Positions 24,383-37,734 of a stretch of 64,000 bases of DNA are shown piece by piece; the stretch's first letter is position 1, and each line of letters starts with the position of its first letter. Origin of the DNA: Antedon mediterranea. Taxonomy: Eukaryota > Animalia > Echinodermata. Location: assembly GCF_964355755.1 (NCBI RefSeq), contig NC_092676.1:14402871-14466870 (forward strand). The letters are read 5' to 3'. The notes under the pieces were generated by a model that saw only the letters and a program-made list of their open reading frames with translations, was not told the origin of the DNA and made no database searches. Position numbers and translations under genes: made by a program.

Positions 24383-24989
24383 TTGCACGGTTCATTACTA
24401 CATACGTTTATGATTAATTTTTTTTTTTTCGTTGGGTATCAATACTCTTTACATTTAAAATTCATTGATCTGCTACTCAGAAGTAAGGTATGACATATAT
24501 AAATCTGAATTTTACTTTTACTATATTGTACATAATTACAAAACATAAATTTGGCAATTCTCATCTCTACATGCAAAGAAGCATTATTATTATCATTACT
24601 AATTTAAGGTTATATGGACTGGATACACATGCAATTATATTAAGCACTCATTACAATATATATATCTCAGAGAGATTTATTAGAAAAAATACGTATTATG
24701 TATATTATATGTATATTATATGTATATATATTATATATAAATTGATTGTAGACGGCGACCACCGAAAACACTAGCTCATTATTACCTATCCCACCTTTGC
24801 AGTCACAGATTTAACAAAAAATATATCAATTTCTGCTGTTGTGAGTGTACTGGTTTTTGTTGGGCTGATTTATCGCCAAGCAATAATTTGTATAAACGTA
24901 TTTTAAATCTATTAAAATAGTTTTTTTTTTAAAGTTGATTTGTCTGAATCTGAATAAGAACATTTGGAATATAATAATAAATAACTGAT

Positions 24990-25245
24990 ATGTTAAATTA
25001 AGCAAATATAATAAATATATAAACTTAGATCCTAATATTTTACATTTTAAAGTCTGGAAAAGGATTACATACAGTAGTTTGGAAAAAAGTCTAGGTTTGA
25101 ATGAGGATAATGGATTGCAGATAGATAGAGGAAGATCATTGTAGAAATAAGGGGCCTTGCGTATGTAGCTGAAGGAGAGTTTGAAAATTTCAAGAGAGGG
25201 TTTAGGAATATGAAGATTTCCTTTCGAGATTTGACGAGTAGTCAA
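24990..25245 (-). mobile_element. 3' end of a CR1-group LINE
   Basis: TRQISKGNLHIPKPSLEIFKLSFSY...APYFYNDLP...SSFK, typical ORF2 C-terminus. Confidence 0.65.
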
Positions 25246-25354
25246 ATCTCATTGTTATACGCGGGAGTGAGAATTGTCGACTATCGACTATCATCCACAC
25301 ACACAACACACATGATAAATGTACCTAGAAAGCAACGAATGCGCAGTGTAACTA

Positions 25355-25770
25355 TAGTTGAACCTCCATAAGCGGCCACCTCCCCTGTAAAACGGTGTAG
25401 CCACTTTTTTTTAACTAAATAAAAACTTTATTTTATTTTCTCGTAAGCAGCCACCCAACCCAATTCGTATTGACTTTTGACTACAAAAATACAATTTTGC
25501 TATTTATTGTCCTTTATATATTTAGCTTTATAGGTTTTAAAAACATTTCTGTGAAGAACATTCCTGTGTTTTTTAAATGTGATGAGAAACTACACAGAAC
25601 CATTTGCATATGATAAAAGCTTCTAAAATTTTCTTTTCTGAAAATCGTAAATAATACAAAACCACCTGTTGCGTTAAAAATGGCGAAAAATATCATGCAT
25701 AGCCATAATACATGATTTTGGTCTCTATCGGTAGAACCTCTTGTAAGCGTCCACTTTTTCCGGCCCCGAG
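25355..25770 (+). mobile_element. Tc1/mariner-like non-autonomous element (related copies 55197-55841 and 59561-60350)
   Basis: AGTTGAACCTCC..AAGCGGCCACCTC start and shared internal catgcatagccataa...catgatt. Confidence 0.7.
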
Positions 25771-27600
25771 TGAGGTTAAACTTTTATTAGTAATTATTTT
25801 GTAAACAGACTGTTTTCTGCGCGGCTAGCACTTGGTAACTTGAACTTGAGGCAATTGAAAATACACTGGAAGCAGCGGGATTATTACCTATTTTAGGAGA
25901 CTATCTTGGCCTAGCCTAGGCTAGTAGTAGTCTAAGGTGAAAATAGGCGCTTATTTTTTACTATGTCCGAATACGATCTATGCCCCCTAGGTCAACTACC
26001 CCTCTAGAACAACCACACCTCTAGAATAGAATAACTATTCTCATGACACTGGTAGGAGACTGTATACAAATAAATAGTCAAATCACAGACATGTTCTTTG
26101 CTTCATTCGATACATTTATTATCTTGAATCACAACTTCTTCATATAGCATTACAAGAAACCCATCCATAAACCTATTACAATATCGTATAAAAGAATATA
26201 CATCATTATTTAGCTTATACAGTAGTAAAATGACTTAAATATCATCAAATATTACATAGCCTATGTAAATACGGTATGCACACACATGGAAATAGCCACA
26301 TTCACATAAGATTTTATCTTGCTTTCGAATCGTGATATTGAATATCATGTTAGCAGGAAGAGCGTTCATGTAGAATTTAACATCGTTATATAAGATGCTA
26401 ATGAGGTGCACTGATGTGTGAAAGGCCAAACACACATGTTTGGAGCACACGTGGGAATGGATCGTTGATTTGTTTTTGTAGTGTGGGCCTCTATCTACTG
26501 TAGTAGTAGTAGCTAGCCAACAGGTTTAAGATAACAAAGAATAGTAACTAATAGTCTTTGTCCATGGTTCTCTTGCGGGTGAGCCATGGCATCTTTGCCT
26601 GAAATATTTCGTGTCAAAAAGTACGCCTAAGTAGCGAGCATGAATTAATTTGAAAACAAACCTGGCTTGTCTCACGTCTCACTCATGCTATCCCGCGCTC
26701 GCGGTGGGTGGCCGATGACGCAGTAAATAACCAAGCGCTGATTGGTTGAATTTCGTCTTTGCATATAACGGTGTCTATATATCTTACCTTAACCAGAATT
26801 AACGTGATAAACAAGATCACGTTAATGGCTTCCTGCAGGTTCATATAGAACATCATGATAAAGAAACTCACAATAATTTCTGAATGTGAGCCTAGCTAAT
26901 TTATTATTAATTATAATTATTTACTTTAATAAGTTAACTAGTTAATTAACATGGTAAATACAAGTATAATAGGATTATCAATCAATCATAGAATCTTAAA
27001 GTATTATAATATGATTTCAATGCATTTTATCTACGATGTATTTCAACGTACCAATAACCTTACTCTAGCTTCTATCATTGGTGAACTGTGCTGAACTCTC
27101 ACACATGTAATATTATATAGTATACTGTACCAAAAATTCATCTGCGACGTAACATTATGGTATACACACTTGGAATTAAGACTTTCCATTTATTTTGCCT
27201 TTTTTCTAAATAATAAATTAGATTACAATAATGATCTTGTAAAACTTACTGAACTTCAAAACATAGAGAGAGATTTATATTAAATGAAAGCTTTCAAATC
27301 TTTTTTAATATGCGTATTCGTCAGTTATTTGACGTTAAACAAGAATCGATAATGCTTCAAATTATCTTCAAATTTTGAAAAATAAAAGGGTGGGCTAATT
27401 TTATTCTTCATGACATTAAGATGCCATATAGAAATCCATGAATATACAGTTTACCAAGCTGCACCTTGAGGTTTTTTTACGGGAAAGTCGATCAAAAATC
27501 ATATTTATTTTAATTTCAATATTTTATATCTTTAACCTCATCAATAATATATTACTTGTGGTGGTAATACCAGTAAATATTTATTATATTATTTTAATAG

Positions 27601-27647
27601 GTGCTACTCTTCAGTTTGACGTCTGCTATGTGTATGCTTCTTTTTAA
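27601..27647 (+). CDS. TMEM135: TMEM135 coding exon 5
   Basis: aatag acceptor; VLLFSLTSAMCMLLF(K) (cf. VLLFCITAAMYMFFF); gtaagt donor. Confidence 0.9.
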
Positions 27648-28314
27648 GTAAGTATTTTAGTAGTATGCCAGATAGGGCTTTAATCACCTATTGATTAGGT
27701 AGCTTGGAGTGTTCTGTGCTTGCTATTTTATACAACAATTGATTTACTCCCAATTGTTTGGAATTTTCGGTAAGCAATCTAGGTGGTGTTTCTTTTCGAC
27801 CTTCTCCACATTATAAATAATTCAAATGAAAGAACACATTCACACGGTAAATATCCATTTGTAAAACTAATCTACCATAATAAATTGACAAAACTATACT
27901 CTTATCTAATTGTTTAAAATCCTCAAAATCCATCATCACGGATCATCTATTCTTCAAGAAGGTTGGATCCACCGCTTCAAATATTTGTTTACTTGTATGT
28001 TCATTTCTATTGAGCATGTGCTTGAACTACAATTTCCAGTTAGCCAATCATAAATGTCTTTTTTTATACTAGACTTAAAAAATGCTAGACTTCAAAAATG
28101 GTTTTGATAAATATTAATAATAGCTCATTTTTATATAGCGCTAATAATCAAATCGTTCTCACAGCACTTTACATTATGCTGGATACAGCAGAAACAACAA
28201 TATTCATTTTAATGTAATTTAAGCTTTTTAAAAATAAATGGGTTTTGTACTCCTTTAAAGAAAGACTATATATTAACCTATTTATTGAAATAAAACTATC
28301 GTAACAAAAATCAA

Positions 28315-29125
28315 CCACTAATGTACCAATCCATTAATGTACCAATCCACTAATGTACCAATCCACTAATGTACCAATCCATTAATGTACCAATCCACTA
28401 ATGTACCAATCCACTAATGTACCAATCCACTAATGTACCAATCCACTAATGTACCAATCCATTAATGTACCAATCCATTAATGTACCAATCCACTAATGT
28501 ACCAATCCACTAATGTACCAATCCACTAATGTACCAATCCACTAATGTACCAATCCACTAATGTACCAATCCACTAATGTACCAATCCGTTAATGTACCA
28601 ATCCGTTAATGTACCAATCCGTTAATGTACCAATCCGTTAATGTACCAATCCGTTAATGTACCAATCCGTTAATGTACCAATCCGTTAATGTACCAATCC
28701 GTTAATGTACCAATCCGTTAATGTACCAATCCGTTAATGTACCAATCCGTTAATGTACCAATCCGTTAATGTACCAATCCGCTAATGTACCAATCCACTA
28801 ATGTACCAATCCACTAATGTACCAATCCACTAATGTACCAATCCACTAATGTACCAATCCACTAATGTACCAATCCACTAATGTACCAATCCACTAATGT
28901 ACCAATCCACTAATGTACCAATCCACTAATGTACCAATCCACTAATGTACCAATCCACTAATGTACCAATCCACTAATGTACCAATCCACTAATGTACCA
29001 ATCCACTAATGTACCAATCCACTAATGTACCAATCCACTAATGTACCAATCCACTAATGTACCAATCCACTAATGTACCAATCCACTAATGTACCAATCC
29101 ATTAATGTACCAATCCATTAATGTA
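28315..29125. repeat. 16-bp minisatellite (CCACTAATGTACCAAT), about 50 copies
   Basis: Direct reading; variant units CCATT, CCGTT and one CCGCT arranged in blocks. Confidence 0.97.
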
Positions 29126-29314
29126 ACAACAGTTTAACCACTAACATAATCACACTTCATTAACCACAACAAAATTTAACCTCTAACAACTGGAAAAAAC
29201 TTTTTTTAAATGTTGGAAATCTAGGAATTGTTTGTTTTGTCAGCTCTCTTTAACTGGATGGACTGTTACATTTAACTAAATTAAACATTTGTCTGTTTAT
29301 CCTTCAATGTCTCT

Positions 29315-29785
29315 CTTAAGGGACACCTTCTCATAATCGACCACCTCTCTTAAACGACCATAACCTCTCATTAGAGACCGCATTTTATAATGGCCATTTC
29401 TCCTTAGGGACACTCCTAAGGAACAGTTTCTCTAAACGACTACTACTTCTCATAAGCAACCATATCCTCCTATAAGGGAAAGCTTATCATAATTGACCAC
29501 CTCTTGTAAGCGACCACCTCTTCTAAATGACCATCACCTCTCATAAGGGACCATAGTGGTCATTTAAGAGAGATGGTTGCTTAATAGACGTGGTCAATTA
29601 TGACAAGTGGTTCCTTACGAGAGGTGGTGGTCCTTTAAAAGAGATGGTTCCACACAAGAGGTACTGTAGTGGTCGTTAGGAAGGTGGTCGATTATAAGAA
29701 GCAGTCCCTTACAAAAGGAGGTGCCCACTTACGAGAGGTGGTCAATTATAAGAGAGGTGCTTGATTATGAGAAGCGTTCCCTTAA
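29315..29785. mobile_element. internally palindromic MITE-like array of GACCACCTCT motifs
   Basis: Left half gaccacctctc..taa, right half tta..gagaggtggtc; ends TAAGGGACACCTTCTCATAATC / GATTATGAGAAGCGTTCCCTTA. Confidence 0.7.
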
Positions 29786-30479
29786 ATCCAAACATATCTC
29801 AACATTTTCTACTGTGGTTAAAGTTTGTTTAACATTCGTGTTTAATGAAGTTTGTTACGTTATTGGTTTAACTGTTACATTAGGGGTTAATGTTACATTA
29901 GTGGTTGATGTTACGTTATTGGTGTATTGTTACATTAGGGGTTAATGTTACATTAGTGGTTGATGTTATATTAGTGGTTGATGTTACATTAGTGGTTGAT
30001 GTTACTTGATTGTTACATTAGTGGTTGGTTTTTGTTACGTTAGGGGTTACTGTTACGTTAGTGGTTAATGTTACATTAGTGGTGGATTGTTACAGTACAT
30101 TAGTGGGTGATGTGCGTGTCATAGGCCTAGTGGTGAAACAGAGGATCAACTCAAACTGAAGTCATTACTCTTTCAATATAAATTAATATTGTGTTCAATG
30201 TCTAAAGATTTGACTCTTTCCAATTCTCACCTCATCACTATTGTCTATAGCCTCCATGAGAAAATATTTTACCCAACCAATTACAAACCATTTTATGGAC
30301 CTGTAAAAACAAAGACATTTGATTTGAGGTGATGATTTTACTACTTGTGTGATATCTTAGTTGTACTTTTTTGTCCACTTTTTTTCTTTTATTAAATTAT
30401 TCATTCATGTTGTCAATACTGTAAAAGCCTTGCACTTATTGTATGTGCATGTAAATATTGTTTTTAATTTTTTTGTTAG

Positions 30480-30521
30480 ATCAAAGGATCTTCTATCTCC
30501 AGATATTGACTCAATGCTAAA
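30480..30521 (+). CDS. TMEM135: TMEM135 coding exon 6
   Basis: ttttgttag acceptor; 42 nt, SKDLLSPDIDSML(K) (cf. CKDGLKGFTFSALR); gtaaga donor; phase 2 to 2. Confidence 0.8.
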
Positions 30522-30583
30522 GTAAGAAAATCTAATGATTATATTTTATATTTCATTTTAAAATTAAAATGAGTGTTAATTAA

Positions 30584-31075
30584 AGATGTATTGTCCCTTT
30601 GACTAATTCGAAAAAAAGTGGGTCATTTTGTATCAAAATAGTTATTAACTTTCTCCAAAAATTAGTCGAAAAAAAAAATCATTTAACTGAAATACAGACG
30701 TTTTTTGTTCAAAAAATAACTTTGACTTCCAGTCAAAGTTTTTGATCAAAACATCTCTTAATGCAATGGGCTTGTTTGGCTAGTCTGTATGCATAATCAT
30801 AAAAATTTCTCGCGATCTGTGTGAAAACACCTTCTCAACCGTGACGAGCTGTAAACAATCCTAATTAGCATCATGCATACTCGTGGTTTAAAACCTTTGT
30901 TTACTTTCGCTCTAGACGAAATGTAATCAAATTAATTTACCTGTTGTTTTTAGTTCAAATTTTCTACTTAATTGAATAAACTGAAATAAAATTAACTTAA
31001 GTGAATAACTTTAATATTACTTTGATATGGAATATTTTGACCTTAATTTTTTGTGTTTCAAGGGACAATACATCT
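30584..31075. mobile_element. Kolobok-type MITE (same TIR as 803-1150)
   Basis: TTAA-AGATGTATTGTCCC ... GGGACAATACATCT-TTAA. Confidence 0.82.
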
Positions 31076-31369
31076 TTAAAGAACATTGTTAACCAGCCAA
31101 ATTTAGTTAATTTTGTGGCCTTAAACCACTTTCATGACTAGCTATAAACAATTTTGATAAAAAAAAAATTATGAACTTTGTACAAACATCGTTTTTTTTT
31201 TAATGTTTCATATATACATTTTCGAAAATATTCATTTTTAAAACAGTCATACTGTACAACCTTAATACTAAGAATTTGTTTCAGTTGAATGCTAAAACAT
31301 ACTAATGTGAATAGGTAATATAATATTTTTTTTAATTAAAGGAATACAAAAACTCTTTTTTTTTTATAG

Positions 31370-31495
31370 AAAATTTGTCGGAAATGAAGAAAGTGGAAAT
31401 GCACAAAAAATGAATTCTTCGTCTACATCTAAAAAGTCTATTGAATTATACTTTCCAAAGATCCTTCAAAAATGTGTGAAAGTTATAATTACCAA
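31370..31495 (+). CDS. TMEM135: TMEM135 coding exon 7
   Basis: Poly-T/atag acceptor; KFVGNEESGNAQKM...KVIIT(K) (cf. FIVGKEE); gtaag donor; 126 nt, phase 2 to 2. Confidence 0.82.
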
Positions 31496-31619
31496 GTAAG
31501 AATTTGTTTATATTAGACCAACACTATCCGCTCACTCTTATTATTAGTATTATGCTACGGCTTACACATAAGGTCACAACCCACAGATCAAAATTCCATA
31601 ATCTTAAACCTCAGGTGCC

Positions 31620-31900
31620 TCCTCGCATTTTTGTGGCGGGTATTTTTCAAGACGGACATCCATTAGACAGTGTATACCACGATCGAAAAACACCCCTATT
31701 TGGGGCAAATAGTTGAACCTAAATTTGTTTTAATCGTCAATAACTAATTATCGAACTCAATTTAATTAGTAAACAGGGTTACATCAGGTGGTTAAAATCA
31801 GTACCGAAAGTACGAACCAACTTTATATACCATCGAGTAAACATTCTAGAAATAACGCCCGATTTACCGAATTTTGCCCTTACGTAAATTTATATATAGA
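31620..31900 (-). mobile_element. non-autonomous Helitron-like repeat, 5' part (other copies ~37315-37630 and ~40660-40979)
   Basis: Three ~300-bp copies in the same orientation ending at the same point, which reads A|TCTATATAT on the minus strand. Confidence 0.6.
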
Positions 31901-31959
31901 TAATTATCTAAATTATCACATAAATACAAATTTGAAGAATTTTGGGCACGTAAAAGAGA

Positions 31960-33152
31960 GATGCGCTCTCGTTTAAACGCAATGAACATTTACGCAAGAG
32001 ATGAAAATATGACTTTTTGAATTCAACTGGCCATATGATGACGTCACAACATCTGATTGGCAAAATATTCACATGAATTCGTATCTAAATTCCAATAGCT
32101 TCCAGAAAACGTTTTAATCATGATTATCACTTTTTATTCTGACGAGCTATAATAGATTGAAATTTACTGTAAAGATGAAAATAGGTGACCCACGTTATTT
32201 ACTTTTTTTGATATGATGACGTCATAAAAATTAAAATATTTTTAACTCATGCGAAAGCTAGTTGATTTACCTAGACAGTATTAAAATATCTAAGGAAATT
32301 GAATACTTATAAGCGAGATGCGCTCTATTTAATGTGATAAGCAATAACGAAACAGAAAAAATCCTATATTTTACATTCGTGTGGCCATACGATGACGTCA
32401 TAACATCCGAGGGGTAAAGATTCTGCATGAATTCATATCTACAACATATCTGCTTACATATAAAATTAAAAAAATTGGAGGTCATGGATGATTCTGAGGA
32501 GCTATAATAGATTAAAAATAGGCATAATTTTTTCACAATATGTTGTCACTTTTGCAACTGAAACGTGCGCAAATGGTCTAAATAAACGTGTTCGTATGAC
32601 GTCATTTTATTTTGAAATGATGTCAATCTTTTTTAAAATGACTAGGAAAGGCTATAAAATCATAATTCAAGAGAAAAACACATGATTTTCATGCTCCGTG
32701 TGCACCTTACACGTAAAATTTTTCGCGCGCGTGGGAATTTTTGACATGCTCAAAATATCATGATCAGAAAGTTGATTAGAAAGTAAATTTTGCGCATTTT
32801 GAAATTTTAAATGTGCGTGCGCGCGTAACTTTTTGTGAAACATGGCATTTTTAATCCATAGAAAGTTTGCCCTTGATATGACTTAAATTTTCACAAAGTG
32901 TCAATACAAAATGATTTTATAATCTATGATCAATCATTGAAATTCATAAAATCGTGCGTAACTACGCTGCGCGACTCTAACGTCATATAACGAAATTTCT
33001 TGCACATCTACAGCTACAGGTCACTCTTATGACAAAGTTATACAATCTTATGTTGACCAGAATTAGAGATACGCTGCCAACAAAATTCCGGGAAAGAAAG
33101 AAGAATAACATAGAAGGAAAAAAAGGGGTTATCCGCCAAGTGCGGATAACCA
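31960..33152 (-). mobile_element. Helentron-derived non-autonomous element (HINE)
   Basis: Subterminal palindrome GGTTATCCGC-CAAGT-GCGGATAACC at 33127-33151; body is the reverse complement of ~50730-51840. Confidence 0.7.
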
Positions 33153-33569
33153 ATAAATGTAAAACGGAACATTTTTCTGTCAACGGAAAGTTTTTGACAA
33201 AAGGAAAGCTTCTCGGTGTGGGTGAGCCGGGGGCTCAAAGGAGATCTTAACCCTTCTTCCATGGCAGATCCATGACCTGCATGGGGCTCTGGTTGAGTAT
33301 GGCCAGTAGGGCCAAAATAGACGAACGTTGCCATACGAACAATTCCGCTTCCGTAATCCAAACAAATGGCGTTAAAGACATAATATTTATCGAGGTACGG
33401 ACACACGCACACATTGCCGTATGAACAAAATGGTTAAATTGCCAAAAGGACAAAAATTGGCGCAAGGACAAATTGGCGTAAGGACAAAAATTGGCGCATG
33501 GACAAATTGGCGTACAGTCTAACTAAATTTAAACGTTGAGGGCAGCATAGTATTTTAAAACCATGTGAC

Positions 33570-34720
33570 TGATACCACTAAACTAGGGCTCTAGCGGTTA
33601 CCTCTGTAACTTGAGACAGAAGTGGGCTGATTTCAACCCATTTTGTGAATTGATCGACCATCATCAGAATGTGGATGTTTTCCCGTTCAGTTTTTGATAA
33701 TGGGCTGAGGAAATCGATATGTACACGTTCCATAGAACGCCGGCCTGGAATTCGGTGAACCAGTGTCAACCTTGCCGAGTGGCCTTCTTGCTTTTATTAC
33801 AAATGTTGGAAGTCTGTACATACCTCTTGATAGAACTTCTCCTTCAGTCGAAACTTGGTCCAGGCGACCCCTTGATGACCTGCCGACAGCAGATCGTGAT
33901 GTAGCCTAAAAGCTATAGCTTGTAGCTCCTAGGGGAACACAAGAAGTCGTCCTGTACCCTCTGCTTCGGTTAATGAACAGGATGCCTGCTTTCGTGAGAT
34001 GCGTTGCCTGTTCAGTACTGTTTGGTGGCAGCGCTGGAGATAAACAGCTGGTTCTCGGAGGGTTCCCCATTCTGCAACCAGTACAGAATCAAGTCAGGAT
34101 CACTCGTCTGATGTTGCCTTGCTCGTCCAGTGAGTAACCCCAACACTCGGCTCCCTTCGGGCGTAACTGTACCGCCGCCACCCGCCCGCCATCATTTCCC
34201 TGTAAAAAAGAAAACTGAATTGTACCGTTAGTAGCTGTCTGTGATACCTCTATAATTGCCTGTTCACCTGGGTCCCAAGGAACATCATCCACTGGTAGGG
34301 TACCCTCCAGGACGTGGTCCAAAGCTACCCGATGTACGTGGGCTATAGGCACAACAGTATCTACTTCATCCTGGAACGCTGACCATCTTGCATATGCTCG
34401 TTGACAGTACAAATAGCCCCCACAGGGGAAGCCCTTCAAGCGCAGGATGTTCGTGGTTACCGTCATGAGTTTCTGGTCGGCGAGAGAGAGCATCAGCGTC
34501 ATGATGTTGTTCTCGGCCGGTTCAATCATTAGATGATACTGGCTCAGCTCCTCAATCCACCGGGCGAGTTGCCCCTGGGTTGCTTGAAGCTAAGGAGCCA
34601 GGTGAGGCTGTTGTGGTTGGTACACAAAAGATAATGCCTTAAATGCCTAGTCATGAAAACAATTGCTACCTCCTGTAAGTAATCAAAGGCTTGGCCATAG
34701 GGCCTAGCTGGGAGGTGTTT
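33570..34720 (-). mobile_element. degenerate Gypsy LTR-retrotransposon pol fragment (RNase H to integrase)
   Basis: TNHNSLTWLLSFKQP, GQLARWIEELSQY, ERVHIDFLSPL, LMMVDQFTKWVE; no LTRs recognised. Confidence 0.85.
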
Positions 34721-36020
34721 GATGAGCCATCATCTTCCTAGCCGGCTTCCGGAACCGGGTTAGGTCGTCGGCCCTCTGACCTACAGTAACCCCTAATCGT
34801 TTAACGAATCCTGGGGAACTATTTCCTCCTCCTCCTCATTTGTTAACAAACTTTATCCTGAATACCACACCTTAGAATTAGTAGGCCTACTTTAATAAAG
34901 AAAAATCATATGCATTGCATTGCATCGAACAGTATCAGCAGTAACATATTACAGCATTTTTATTGACAAATTAACAAATATATTGAAATTAAACGTATTT
35001 TTCACCAATAAATGCATGAGCAATTGAAGCATTCCACTGAGTTTTAGTCCTCTGTTATCGTTGCTCTTTTGGCACTCCACTGAAACAAAAATATTGAACA
35101 TTGAATAAGTGAAATTCGCAAACAGTGTGTGAGAAACATGTCTGTAAAATCATTAATTTAAGGATTTATTTATTACTTTTTATGTGATTCTTCTTCATTA
35201 AAGTACATATGACGTATATCTCTAAAGTTTGGTAGTCACACGATAAAGTTAGTTATCAAATTTGGAGTCAAAATACAAGCAAAGGAAACTAGCGCCAGAT
35301 TTATCAGTACGTACATGGACAACAAAAAATAAAAATCGTTCGTAATATACCTAGCCTACTAAAACATGAATAGTCTATCATTATTAATATTACACCAATT
35401 ATTATTATATCAAAATTAATTAAATTATTTTCTACATAGGCCTCTAAGTTAGGGCTAAGCATATTAGCTAAAGTTTAATTTTAGGCCTAGTATTACAATT
35501 GTAGAAGAATTCTCTCGCAATTTTTTTCTTTGCGGCTTGTCACCGCCAGTTATTGAACTTGTCCTGGCAATCGCTGTCGCTTATTTGCAAGAGAGGTACA
35601 TGTGTTGATTTCCTAGAGAGTGGAATGTCAAAAATGTCTCGGCACACCGCTCAGAGAGAAGTCTGTGCGTTGCTGCTGAAACCACGTGCTATAGGAGGGG
35701 GAATCACCTCATGTTCGAATCCTCTCAGAGCAGAATCATTCCGCTACCTGCTAAATAGTAAAGAGGGATTTTCTCGGGTCTACCGAATCGAGGCGCGAAG
35801 GTGTGCCAAAATATTATTTTCACTCTGCTATGTTCGATATATTAAATATATATTGTAAATATTAAATTAATTGTAAAGTGAACATGCTTTAAATGCCAAC
35901 AAATATGTCATTTGATGAGTGTGGCTATATAACAATTATTGTTTATCTAAAGTTGAAGACTGATCGATTGAGGAGTAGGCCTAGGCTAGAGGCCTAGCGT
36001 GCATGCCGGAATGGATGGAT

Positions 36021-36186
36021 TATCGCTATATAAATAACAAGTTTGAACAAAAGATCTTACGACAATCTTGGGTCCATTTTTTATTAAACGTATAGGCCTA
36101 CATACTATCGCTATATAAATAACAAGTTTGAACAAAAGATCTTACGGCAATCTTGGGTCCATTTTTTATTAAACGTATAGGCCTAC
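36021..36186. repeat. 85-bp tandem duplication
   Basis: tatcgctatataaataacaagtttgaac...aaacgtataggccta present twice, differing by one substitution. Confidence 0.9.
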
Positions 36187-37734
36187 TTGGCGAATCCATG
36201 CCTTTTAAATCATTTAACAAGTTTGTAATCGGATTGTAGTACTGTACAGTAAAACCAAAAAACACCTCCTCAACAACCTCGTGCGATGTACGATCTGCTG
36301 TTCTTTGCTGCAGATCAACATTGGTAGAGTCCATTAATTATGGATGTTTAAAAATTAAAAACATGTCTTAACCACTGTGTAATCAAAGCGTTTAGTATTT
36401 AACTTGGATCCCCCCAAAATTGATAATCGCGTATTCCAGTTATCACATGATTGATCCACGGTTGGTTGTACGCTTCTTTTTTACACATCCAGCAGAGGTG
36501 AAATATATTCGCCAATTTGGTGAAAAGACAATATTTTTTTTTACCATTTGGTTTCACAATTGTCGTTTGGCTCACAAAAAAAAATATGGCATGTGTTCTA
36601 TATTATCTTGGCATAGGAAGACAAATACATCCCAGGTCATGAGAGGCTGAACTACAAAAACAAGGTTGAATAGGGTAAAGTCACTGGACAGTTCGAATGA
36701 TTTTGAGCGAACAATCTAGCGCGTATGGTCGTACGCGCTAGATGATACGATATTTTAGCTATATTTTTTTTTTACATGTTTGGTTGGATGTAATGGAAAT
36801 AAAAAATAGTTGATCTGATGAATGATATGTAACTAAACAAACATTTGTTTACAGTTCAATTATTTTCATAATAATAATACATAAAAATGTGTTTACCAAT
36901 GGACAAATAATCGCGTCAATGACATAGTGCGCAGGGTAATGTATGTGGAGTTGTAATGTGGCAATAACAATGGAGTCAACTCTCTGTAACCCTAATATTA
37001 GCAGTAGGGCCTACCCACACTCACAGTAATAAAGTTTATTTGTTTATATATCTAACAGTACCCTACTTATTTGATTGTCAAAGTATTGCAGTATTACTAT
37101 ATCTAAAGGTTTAAAGTTTATCCCCCAAGGGCCCACCTACACCTACTTGTGTTAAACCAAATAATTATACTGGGTGACAGAGATTGGAATGTTCCATTCA
37201 TCACAAATCAATACATTTTGTATAAACGTATATTAAATCTATAAAAATAGTATTTTTTAAAGAAATTGTTACATTATCATGTTGTACTCGAGCTGTTCAA
37301 CCGGTTTTCAGCTATTAAAAACAATTATCGTAGAAGGAGATAGGTAAATGCGAAGTTTTCTCGTATTATTGTGTGTGGGTATTTTTCAAGATGGACATCC
37401 ATAGACAGTGTATACCACGATCGAAAAATATTTGAGGCAAATCGGTCAACCTAAATTCGTTTTAATTGTCAATAACTAATAATCTAATTTAATTTAATTA
37501 GTAAACAGGGTTACATCAGGTGGTTAAAATCAGTACCGAAAGTACGAACCAACTTTATATACCATCGAGTAAACATTGTAGAAATAACATGCGATACTGA
37601 ATTTTGCCCTGACGTTAATTTATATAGAGATTACATTACCACCCGTCAAATCCCTGGTCTTTTCAAGTTCGGCATGTCCTTCATTGCTAAGAGCCTACAG
37701 TATATGTTGCTTATTTATGCTTAAGAACAGTTAA

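Noticed and set aside
24013-24493. repetitive proteins (CRQNGCQPNVLS...)
   Set aside because: Translations of a 15/30-bp tandem repeat, open on both strands with no coding signature.
35553-35858. 101-aa ORF as a gene
   Set aside because: Non-ATG start, no recognisable motif or splice partner; probably inside an unclassified repeat.
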